Shown here piece after piece: positions 52,937 through 64,000 of a DNA stretch of 64,000 bases (the first letter of the stretch is position 1; every line of letters starts with the position of its first letter). Where the stretch lies: contig OX597814.1 of NCBI GenBank assembly GCA_951406725.2, positions 88,784,001 through 88,848,000 of the forward strand. Reading direction: 5' to 3'. Origin of the DNA: Octopus vulgaris. Lineage: Eukaryota. The notes beneath the pieces are model-generated. The model searched no databases. It saw only the letters and a program-made list of their open reading frames with translations, and was not told the DNA's origin. Made by a program: the position numbers and the translations under genes.

Positions 52937-54239
52937 TACAGAAAAGGCTGAATAAAGAGTTTCATATTGGCCAAACCCCCATTGATTTTTCAAGTTTCAC
53001 TTGGAAAGGAGAAGAAAATAATGGTAGAGTAGGAGGTGATGGTTGGAGAGGGAAAACGGATGCAGAGAAGGACATGCTGTGTCCAGTAAATTCATTTGAT
53101 TATTGGGTGGGAGTGAGGAACATGGTTTGAGCGAGTATGCCTACTCTGGGCAATATGCTTGTAGGTAACGAAATAGCAACTGTATTAATAATTTTAGAGA
53201 CAAAATTATCATCATCATCATCATCATCGTCATCATCATGTTTTCAGCTGTTCCTAAGAGTTTCTGTTGTTGTAGCCATGGGCTTTTGTGGTGGAGAACT
53301 GTAGAAGTAAACTGTACCTAACAGTCTAAAACAGAAATTTTTCAGAATCGGTCTAATTCCTTGTGCTTTTCCTGTAATCACCAAAAATATGGCTTATGAA
53401 CATGTGCAAGAAATTTCAATATGAATATAATTATCCAGGCTTAAACATGCTACTTTCCCTATTTTAAAGAATCAAAATTTTTTTCGAATTCCACCAAAAG
53501 CTTTCCTACCGTTACCATCCAAACTTTTTCTTTTAAAGGAATCTTTAATCATGTTGAATATTCTCTTTTAACACATGCCTTGTTGGGAGAATCCATCACA
53601 GTTCCAGAAAAAGCGATTTTGTCACATGTTGACATCGAACATGAAAAAAGGGACTTCAATCTTGCTAAAAGCAGACGACATTATGCCTATTATAAAATGA
53701 CAACAACTGTATATACTATCAAACAGTTGCTACTCTCAATAAACATGCTCAGCCTGTAGATGGGTCTCAATAGATATAAGAGAAACACAACTAGATGACT
53801 CAATTATAATATTGTGATTATGAAATCTCGTTTAAGTATGCAATCCCCAACTCGACATAGTTTTGGTCCATGGATATGATGTTACACTTAGTGATGGTGG
53901 CATTTTTTAAATTCTTATCTTTTACTCCTTTCAGTTATTGGTATGTGGGCATGCTGAGGCACCGTCTTGAGTGGGGGGGGGGTATTCGAATAAATCAACC
54001 TCAGAATGCTTTTTTAAAGCCTGGTATTTATTATATCAGTTTCTTTTGCTAAACCACAAGCTTACGTGGATGTAAACAAACCAACAATAGTTATCAAGTT
54101 GTGGGACAACACAAAGATCAACACACATATCTGTATATCTATCTATTAATCTATCTATTTATTTATCTATCTATCAATCTATTTATCTATCTACATATAT
54201 ATATATAATAAGTAGTAAATTATATATAGTATATATATG

Positions 54240-54296
<57 letters not shown>

Positions 54297-54302
<6 letters not shown>

Positions 54303-54672
54303 GCACATATGGGTATAGGACGTTACAAACCGGTCAAACAACATGAAGTATGTAAACAACGAGAAATATGGAAAACAGGACGAGTAAACACAAACAAATG
54401 ACCCTTCATCAGTTGTTGGCTGTCTATCAACTCCTCATTTCGAGCATTCAACGACAATATGAGTCATCAAAGACAGTTGCTAGAATTTATGGGAGCAACT
54501 GCCTTTGAAGACTCAAACTGCCATTGAATGCTCGAAATGAGGAGTTGATAGACAGCCAACAACTGATGAAGGGTCATTTGTTTGTGTTTACTTATCCTGT
54601 TTTCCATATTTCTCGTTGTTTACATACTTCATGTTGTTTGACCGGTTGGTAACGTCCTATACCCATATGTGC

Positions 54673-54678
<6 letters not shown>
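54297..54678. repeat. Long fold-back element (~185-bp arms, 12-nt spacer) in (TA)n
   Basis: 54297-54481 is the reverse complement of 54494-54678 with few mismatches. Confidence 0.9.
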
Positions 54679-54723
<45 letters not shown>

Positions 54724-54749
54724 TATATATTATATATAGACAGACAGAC

Positions 54750-54819
<70 letters not shown>

Positions 54820-57568
54820 ACACACAGGCAGGCAGGTAGGCAGGTAGGCAGGCAGGCAGACAGACAGACTGATTGATCGATTGATTTAAAAGGAATTTTT
54901 ATAAAAACTTTATGGTAAGATTTACTCACTTGTTACTTACCTATGCCCCTCATCCCACCAAAATATTCAATCTTGAAGAACACTGGTTTTGAACATGTGG
55001 TAGGTGAGTCATATTGTTGTTTAACCCTGAATCAGCAGACCTAGGATCAGTGGCTTTTCAGCCAAGTCCTCTTTTTGCCTTGGTAATGTCTATCTAAGAC
55101 TACATTATCCAGCATGTGTTCCAGCATGTTTTCAAGATGATAAAGTATAATTTGAGGGATATTTGGCTGCTAAGTCTTGCAGGACAAGTGGCCATGGAGT
55201 CTCTTGATAGCAAGTGGGTTATAGGTTATGTTATATTATAAAATGACAATTGTGTGGAACATAATCTGTGTGAGCTGCTGATGGTGTATGGGGTTTGTTA
55301 TTGTATTGGATGTCTAGCGTATAAGAGTATTTTGTTATTATATTGCTTAGTGATTGCGTGGGGTTATGTAATGACTCTCAGCCTTTTGTGGTTCAGAGTC
55401 CCTTTCCACATCTTGAGGCATAAACACACTGGGCAGTTGCCTGGCGGGGAGTGGGGGTCCCACTGATCAGGAAACCAAATTCTAGTTTATGTATGTTGTG
55501 GCTTGCTGTCAATAAATAAATATTACAGGGCTCAGTTCATTGATTTGCCTGGGGACTTCATAAGTCAAGGGACCTAATTCTGATGTAAGTATACTGTGGC
55601 TTGTTGTTGATAAATAAATACTATAGGTCCCAATGCACTGATTTGCCAGGGGGCTGATAATGTTAAGATGGCCTTGCACATTCGATGAATTTCTTCCTGG
55701 CTAATTATTTTCCATCTGTTATGAAATACCTTTCTTGAGAAAATATTTTATTAATAAATCATAGGTTATATCATACTGACAATTTCTGAAAGGAATGATA
55801 TAGTGCTACACATAATTACAACCAACTAGAAATTTAATAACTTTGTAATAAGTAACCCAAAACATGAAAAAAAATATTAAATGTGTGAATTCTATGCATC
55901 TTTTTTCCTGTAATTCCTTAATTTCAAATCCAAAGTTCTAATCCCACCAAATATTTTAAAGAAATGACTATCTCTCTTGTAACATCTACTTGTGAAAAAT
56001 ACACATATTACAATTTAAATTTTAAATAAGATATTATAAATTTTATTACTAGTGCTAATGGATCAAATGCATATATTAGTATTTAGTTAAATTTATGATT
56101 TTAAATATAAAACAAATGTGAAATCATTTAGACTCAATAAATCATTTTACCAAAAACATTTAATAATTGAAAAGTAGCTAATGGCTGCCTTGTGCTTGAT
56201 GAGATTTTACTAATCAAATACATCAAAGACTGTTTTTTAATAGGCTCAAAATATAAATATTGTACCTAGTTTCAATATTTTACTCAAGAGAAACATCTTG
56301 ACACTCCCCCTCAAAGCATACTACTCTTATGAGATCACAATACTCATAAGGGAACACTACCCCATCTCAGCTTAAGAAATATTGGGTTTCATTGTTGATT
56401 GGCAAGTTGAGGCAGAGAGCTGGCAGAATCGTTGGCGTGCTGCATAAAATGCTTAGTGGCATTTTCTCCAGCTTTATGTTCTGAGGTCTATTTTTGTCTT
56501 CAGTAGAATATAAACTGTGCCTGGCAGGGTGATTTTTTGACATTGTGTGTAACACTATAAACCTGGTATATTTCTTTTATATTTTTTGTTCATGTTCAAG
56601 TTTATCGTACATAATGCTCCAATTATCATTAGTAGTGTGTTATCATTTTCCTTTCAGTGTCAGTTTTCCCTCATCTTGCTTCCCTCTACTTCAAGTTCTT
56701 TATATTTTGATGGTGACTCCACCTCTTTCAGAGCAATATTTTAATCAGAAGGGACTACAATGTCTAACAGAGTACAGATTCTCAATCCTTATATATGGAG
56801 GGTTCACTTTGTCAGTCTAGACAGACATGTCACAGATTATTTGTAGCCAGATTATTGTTTATGTACCCAGTTTATTACATGTTTTTATTTCTTTCTTTTT
56901 TTAATTTCACACCAAAGTTTTGGCATATTGTTCACTGAGAATGGATTGATGATCACAAAAATCAGATTTTTTCTAATCCACTTTGTCCTTAGCAGTCAGA
57001 AAAATTGGGTGTAAACCAATAATAAATATGATGTTAATGATGAGAACAGATAAGGGTTAATAAATAAGTGCACAAGAAAACTTTTAAGCATGGTACAATA
57101 TGGATGTTTCTCTTTACAAAACCAACTTTTACTAGCAGGAAATAGGAAGTCAATTGAATTAAGCCAACTATAATTTTGGTACTTTTTAAGGAAAGACAAA
57201 GTTTACCCTGGATAAATTTGAAGTTAAAAGCTTAGAGAGACAAGTTTACATACTATAAAACATTTAATCCAATGCTCTCTTTGCTGCTAACTCAATGCTC
57301 CTGTTACATAATATTCACAATATTTCCTTCTATGTCATTATCCCTTGGAAAACCACACCTTGCTCATAATTTTCTACAGTTATTGACTTACAGTTGTTTA
57401 AGAACATCAATCGTATCATTCTTGGGAATATAGGAGTCTTAAGCAAGGATATATTTTAGTTAGTGAATAGACAGAAGATGCCTTATACTATTTATTCCAA
57501 CACTTTGTAATCTGAGTTCAAATCCCACTACTATTAACTATCTCTTTCATCTTTTGAGTTTGGTAATG

Positions 57569-57827
57569 TACGAAGGGGTACTGAAAAGTTCCTGGTTTTG
57601 GTTTAAAAAAATACAGAGGGATCAGTTAATTATGATTTTATCCAATATATTCCCTATTCAGATTCTATCCGACATATTCTATCCAACATATTCCCCTCTC
57701 AGATTCAACTCTTATTGCAGTGGTCCTTCAGTTTTTCTAAGCCATGTGAAAGAACTCAAAAGGTTGGGCCTCCAACCAGACCTTCTGCAATACCCTTTAA
57801 GCCAGGAATTTTCAGCACCTCCTCATA
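57569..57827. mobile_element. Tc1/mariner-type MITE (second copy)
   Basis: TACGAAGGGGTACTGAAAAGTTCCTGG / CCAGGAATTTTCAGCACCTCCTCATA. Homologous to 4063-4282. Confidence 0.75.
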
Positions 57828-58309
57828 CCAGATGAGGGCTGTATACTGGCAGAAACCTTAAAGAGGTGTAATTATTTACTGTTTTTTTCCTTCTGAGTTC
57901 AAATCTCACCTTTACCAACTTAGATGTTAGACTTAATATAACTAGCACTTTGTTGACTTTGGCAATGAGTGTTCCAGTTGATCCAAACAATGGAACAGCT
58001 TGCTCATGAAATTAAAATGCAAGTGGCTGATCACTCCACAGATGTAGTTCTTAGATATATTCAGTGTGACACAGGATATGACAAGGCCAGTACTTTGAAT
58101 TATTGGTACAACTTATTTTTGCTGATTGAGTGGGCTGGAGCAATGTGAAATAAAGTGCCCAAGAATGCAACACATCACTGGGAATCAAATTCATGACTTT
58201 ACAATTGTGAGTCAAATACCCTAACCACTAAGCTATGTGCTTTCACTTGGGAGACAAACACACATACACACACACACACACACACATACATACACACACA
58301 CACATACAT

Positions 58310-58342
<33 letters not shown>

Positions 58343-58788
58343 AATATATATATATCAAAAAGGATGTTATAATACTATTCTACAGCCATACCAACAATCT
58401 AACATACGTCCATCATCAGCTGCCCCACGGATATCATTATGGTTTCAACACCTGAGCAGTATCATTCAATCCGGCAGTGTCAACAGCACTAAAATGAATG
58501 TTGTTAGGGAACAAACAAACCAAAGAAACCACAACTTTCAAACATATTTACCCAATGTACAACCGTATCGATATATAAATTCCATATGTAAATTACATAT
58601 ATATATATACATTGAGCTTCTTTCAGCTTCTGCCTATCAAATCCGCTCACAAGAATTTGGATGGCTCAGAGCAATAGTGGAAAACACTTGTTCAAAATTC
58701 CATGCAATAAGACTGAACCCAAGACACATTGTTGCAAAGGAAGTTTTTTACCAACTATACAGCCTTGCCTGTCTCTATGATATATATT

Positions 58789-58841
<53 letters not shown>

Positions 58842-60984
58842 TATATGTGTGTGTGTGTATGTATGCATGTATGTATGTATGTATGCATGTATGTATGTAT
58901 GTATGTATGTATGTATCTTGCTTTCTTAAGACAAAGAAATTAAGAAATAAGTGTAGCTATAACATCTTTAACAACTTTTGATTATGCTGCAGCAGTTTCC
59001 TCCTGACTGCTCCAGATAAGTATGCAACCATAGAATTTTGGGAGGAGTGGAAGTACAAGTTATGATTTTCCTGCCTTTCCCTAAGAAAACTATATTTGTA
59101 AAGGGAAATAACTATATCTAGGAAATAAAATTGAGTCAAAGACTTATTTCAGTGGGGATCTCAACTTCTTTTACAGAGATTTACAATAACTTTACTGCTG
59201 ACATATATCTTGTAAATAAATCATTTTAATAGTGTATTTCAAAGTGTATACAGCTATAAATAATTGTTTTGAAAATCTCTTAGATGAAAGAAATAAGAAA
59301 TAAATAAATGGGGCCAAATGCAGAACTAGAACCATGTATCTTCTGAACCCATTACAGGAATGCAAACCAATTACACTAAAGTAATCTCAAGACGTGTGTC
59401 CATCAAATAGACACTGATCTTACCAACAAGAAAGTAAGAAATATATAAACAAATAACTTTAATGGTATATTTAGAAGTGATGATATATTGGGTTAAAAAC
59501 CCTTTTGGATGGTAAAATGATACAGCTTGTCTCTGTTTCTTTTGCTGTATAAATTCAATTCCTAGACTGAGTGGTGCACTATAGTCTTGAGCAAAACACT
59601 TCACCTTGCATTACTCTGTGATCACTTCAACACCTGATGCCTGGTACACTGTGCACCTGTACAGGCAATGTCGATCTGATGGAGGGAATGAGCTAATGAG
59701 CAGCACATACATTTGATCATTATAAACAAATACTTTGTGCAGGTTGTTTGGCAAAAACTGAACACTCATACATCATCTTTGGTGGGAGAGTTTGTCATAT
59801 GTACATATATACTTACTTGTTGTGGCATTAGAGAACAAGCATAATTTATTATTTTATAGTGCTTGACAATCAAGAAAAGAATCAATGATATATTTGATGT
59901 GACAGATGCTACATTAGAACCATAACCAAGACACTTGTCTTTCAATTACCAAATCTACATGGCTCTAAATAGCTACTTTAGATGCTATAATGCACAGTAA
60001 GCAGTAATTGCATTTTAGGATTGAGAAATATTTTGTTGGATTGCCACACAAAATTCAGTTGATCCAGTGGAAAAAGTTAGATCCAGTTTACCAGAAGAGT
60101 TGGTGTATATTCAGTGAGGAATATGCATCATCTCTGCCATGAAGGAAAAGAATGATGAACTAGCTTTACCTGTATTTGCAATGAACTCTAGAGAAATCAT
60201 AATTCCAACACCAACACTACTACCATTACAAAAACTTCCTCACTGCAAACATAAATACCACCACCACCAACAACAACAACAATGGTAGTCATTGAGTCAA
60301 GTAAAAATAACAGCCAAATTACTCTCTGCTCTTTAAAACAGATGGGAAAAAACAATTTGGATACGATAATTCTAAACACAGTCTGAAACAAAACTGAAAT
60401 ACTATTGGTCTTATCTGCTGAATCATAAATGCCCAGGGGTTAAACAACAACAACAACCACTTAGTACCATAATAATAATCATGATGATGATTTCAAATTT
60501 TGGCACAAGGCCAGCAATTTCAGGGTAGTGGGTAAGTTAATTACATCAGTCCCAGTGCTTAGCTGGTACTTATTTTATTGACCCCATAAATATGGAAGGT
60601 CAAGTCAACCCAGAACGCAAAATTGGAGAAAATGCTGCCAAGTACTTTTGTCTGGAAAATAATGATTCTGCCAGCTCACTGCCATCAGTAATAATGATGG
60701 ATGGTGGTGGTAAGGAGGAGGCAGAGAAGGAGGAGAAGGCCAAAGAGGAAAGTGTCTGATTTTAGCCCTTTCAAATGGATCCACCATACCACCTCTTTTG
60801 CTACAGCCACTAGACAAAGGAAAATTGACTTACCCTCCCGGTTAAAGAAGGTTGGTGGGGAAATCTTCACTATGGATACAGCTGATAGCCAGAGCCGTCC
60901 TATACATGACAGTAGCTGTTCGACATAAACCCACAGGTCAGCAATACTCGGGCACTGGACGAGTGCGGGCAGATAATAATAATA

Positions 60985-61198
60985 ATCCTTTCTACTATAG
61001 GCACAAGGCCTGAAATTTGATGGGAGAGGTATAGTTGATTACATCGACCTTAATATTTCCCTGGTATCTAATTTATCAACCCCAAAAGGATGAAAGGCAA
61101 AGTCAACTTTCGTGGAATTTGAACTCAGAACATAAAGACAGGCAAAATACTGTTAAGCATTTCATCCTGTGTGCTAAATATTCGGCCAGTTCACACCA
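60985..61198 (-). mobile_element. S1 SINE, CpG-decayed
   Basis: AAAGGATGAAAGGCAAAGTCAAC...GAATTTGAACTCAGAAC. A similar copy lies at ~60490-60685. Confidence 0.75.
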
Positions 61199-61263
61199 TT
61201 TTAATAATAATAATAATGATGATGATAATACTAATAATAATAACAACAACAATAATAAAAATG

Positions 61264-61317
<54 letters not shown>

Positions 61318-61376
61318 TAATAGTACTTTAATATTTTGTAAATATCTTATTTATTATATGTTTCTATCTCTTTCAG

Positions 61377-61470
61377 TCTTTGCTGCTACTTGAAATACTA
61401 TGGCCAATTTTTGTTTTTACCATTGTGGCTATAATCCGATCTGGCATACCACCATTCAAAGTGGGAAAAT
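61377..61470 (+). CDS. ABCA: ABCA-subfamily ABC transporter, second coding exon (SLLLLEILWPIFVFTIVAIIRSGIPPFKVGK, TM1)
   Basis: Acceptor TCTCTTTCAG, 94 nt, donor GTGAGT. It is in frame with exon 1 and matches ABCA1 [25 protein letters not shown]. The human ABCA1 counterpart exon is also 94 nt. Confidence 0.9.
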
Positions 61471-61664
61471 GTGAGTATATGTATTATGTTGTAATTGTTT
61501 TAGACATTGATAACAGTAACATATTATTTTGAAAACAACAATGGCACATCATGCAGGACTTATTTAAAGATAATTTGACTAATTGTTGTCAATTAAGTTC
61601 CTAGCACTACAAACATCTTTAAATTCTGTGACAATATCTTTTTTAGTTTTACAGTTTTAATTGA

Positions 61665-61802
61665 AGGTAAGGGTATCCAGCCATAGAAACCAAACCAGAA
61701 TTGACTATGGAAGCTGGTGCAGCCCCTAGCCTTACCAGTTCCTGTCAAGACATCCAACCCATGCCACCATGGAAAAATGGACGTTGAATGATGATGACGA
61801 TG
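61665..61802 (+). mobile_element. RTE-type LINE/SINE 3' tail
   Basis: TCCAACCCATGCCACCATGGAAAAATGGACGTTGAA(TGA)n. Confidence 0.5.
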
Positions 61803-62465
61803 ATACTTTCTATGAAAATTATAGCAACTTTCATTCATCATTTTTAGATCTCTAACTTGAAATGAGAAATTGCCAGAATTAATATAATCTAAGAAGTGAC
61901 AGTTAACTAAAATGTCTCCCCTAATTACTTATACTGTGCAAGCACCTACTTTACCGTAAAGTTTTTATGCAGCAACTGTCCCTGTGTATCTAACTTCCTA
62001 TTCATTATTTTAACTTACTGAGCTGCTCAATGTTTCTTCACATAAAAGACTGTTATATTTCTTGTCATTTATTCATTCATACATACATACATACATACAT
62101 ACATACATACATACATGCATGCAATCAGGCAGGCAGGGACCATAATTACCTGAAAGCACTGGTTAAGAATTCCCTACACTGATCAGTCAGTTTGGGCTTT
62201 AACCATAGCCTCATCAGTAGGGACAGCTCAACTCTGCTGAGATGCTTTGATTAGAACATTAGAGCAGTTTAGTTCTTACATATAGCAATGTAAGTGTTTA
62301 GACACCCTTAGTCATATTTAATGGCAATTATAGTTTTTCCTTTTGGTAATGCATGAAAATTTATGTCACATGGAGCCAAATTAAACTGTTTTAAATAATA
62401 TATATATACAGGCATACATACATGCATTCCCCATCTTCCCTTCCTTGAACTTTTCCTTTTTCTAT

Positions 62466-62500
62466 GTTTCTGACAAAGAGCTCCACTCAAAACGTTAAAT
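62466..62500 (+). ncRNA. Degenerate (CpG-decayed) hammerhead motif
   Basis: GTTT-CTGACAA-A-GAGC-TCC-ACTC-AAAA-CGTT-AAAT becomes a canonical minimal hammerhead if three CA dinucleotides are restored to CG. Confidence 0.5.
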
Positions 62501-62625
62501 TCTCCTTCTTTATTTCCTTTCCTGAGGATCCAATAACACTATACTTGTTCCACGTCCTTGCGTTGTTGTGTTTTCTCTTTGTTCATGTTTGGATTAACTA
62601 TATGTGTGTGTGTGTGTGTGTGTGT

Positions 62626-62887
62626 AATACAGTGTATATTTAAACACATAAGGAATCCACTCGTGGGATTCCTCATGCTAGAAAGAACAGCTACGTTCTA
62701 TAACCCTCATTTTGTGGTTATAGAACCTAGCTGTTCTTTCTAGTATGATGAATTCCATGAGTGGATTCCTTATGTGTTTAAATGTACACTGTATTTTATG
62801 ACTAATGCATAGTCTTTGGACTGAATTTTTACATGCTAGGCCACTGGAAGTGAAAATTTCTATTAATTTCCATTTCCCTTCGATATG

Positions 62888-62890
<3 letters not shown>
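62626..62890 (+). mobile_element. Fold-back + tail element related to 6360-6895
   Basis: Arms ~62626-62704 / ~62716-62795. The 3' arm and tail (TTAAATGTACACTGTATTT...GCTAGGCCACTGG) are homologous to ~6725-6890. Confidence 0.7.
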
Positions 62891-62943
<53 letters not shown>

Positions 62944-63799
62944 CATATATAGTTGGTGTGATCAAAACATGTCAGACTATTGATATGAATAAACTAATTG
63001 GAAATAAACAAAGTTTGAATGTTCAAATTCTTCATTCTCCTCATTCTCCTTATTATCAATATTGTACTTTACACTTTAAGCAGCCAAGAAATAAGCTTGA
63101 ACATCAGATGGGAGCTAAAGGAAGATTTCCCAAAAATGCACCATCAGAAGGAACCAATTCGATATCTGCCTGGATATTATATCCATCTTCTAACTATATT
63201 ACATCAAGTGATGTAATAAGGAGTATTTCGTTAAATGAACTCTGTTTCACTCAAATTTAATACAGCATGTTAATGACCATAGGCTTAAGCCTTTAAGTAG
63301 GAATGACTAAGGACAGATTCTGTTGCTAAGTTATAGATACAGACAGAGGGCAATTAAGAAAAATAATAAGAAGAAGGAGAATAAAACATATAATAAAGTA
63401 AAGCATAAAGTGTAGTACATGATCTAGTGGTTATGGTGCTGCATTCATGATTGTTGGTCGTGGGTTTGATTCCTGGAATTGGCAGACCATTGTGTTCTTA
63501 AGAAAAACACTTTATTTCAAATTGCTCTGTGATTGTTTTGACACTTGGTGTGTGCATGCAAACACACCTATATAGGCAGTGTCAATTTCATGGGGGTATC
63601 TAGCTTATATGAACACAAACATTTGATCATTATAAACATAGTGCAAGCTATGGACAGATAAGAGATGTAGTAAAATCACAGGATGTTTAAGAAAGTAATC
63701 TTTGTGTGTGGCTTTAAACACTAAGACCATACAATAAACACTAAGACCATACAAGAAATAGACTTCCTATAATGCCTGGGGAGATCCTTAGAGGTAGTA

Positions 63800-64000
63800 G
63801 ATAGCTTCTGTTGTTTAGGTGACTAAGAGGAGGATACACTGAGAGTGTAGTTGCTATAATAAGAATGGGCTGAGCAAAATTCAGAGAGCTACTACTTTTA
63901 TTGGTGTCAAAGGGCCTCTTCCTCACAGTGAAAGGCAAATTGTATGATGCCTGTGTACATACAGCCATGCTACAAGGCAATGGAACACGGGTTGTGGCTG
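63800..64000 (+). mobile_element. RTE-clade LINE ORF fragment
   Basis: KFRELLLLLVSKGLFLTVKGKLYDACVHTAMLQG resembles the RTE RT C-terminal region. Confidence 0.7.

Noticed and set aside
54555-54600. CTGATGA inside the long palindrome, as a hammerhead candidate
   Set aside because: No stem II followed by GAAA downstream.
63105-63175. GRFPKNAPSEGT resembles the next ABCA exon (CHFPNKAMPSAGT)
   Set aside because: There is no polypyrimidine tract, splicing in the required phase at the nearest AG creates TGA, and the downstream sequence is not ABCA-like.

Overview
Repeat-dense, AT-rich animal genomic DNA. The SINE families and compound microsatellites look like those of an octopus or other coleoid cephalopod (inference). 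The only host gene I can support is an ABCA-subfamily ABC transporter on the + strand: coding exon 1 at 52247-52312 and coding exon 2 at 61377-61470, with the rest beyond the window. Almost all long ORFs in the track are microsatellite artefacts. Mobile elements include a decayed CRE-clade non-LTR retrotransposon, CR1 and RTE LINE fragments, an internally deleted Chapaev3 transposon, a hAT transposase relic, hAT/mariner/pogo MITEs, non-autonomous Helitrons and three tRNA-derived SINE families. The most striking signal is a set of minimal type I hammerhead ribozyme motifs: three with complete core motifs (6585-6654, 24597-24647, 39270-39312) and several decayed copies. They sit in short non-coding elements, several with 'fold-back + tail' or partial-tandem structure, inserted in (TA)n/(AAT)n microsatellites. 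This suggests several Penelope-like or retrozyme families. Repeat boundaries were read by eye and are approximate.
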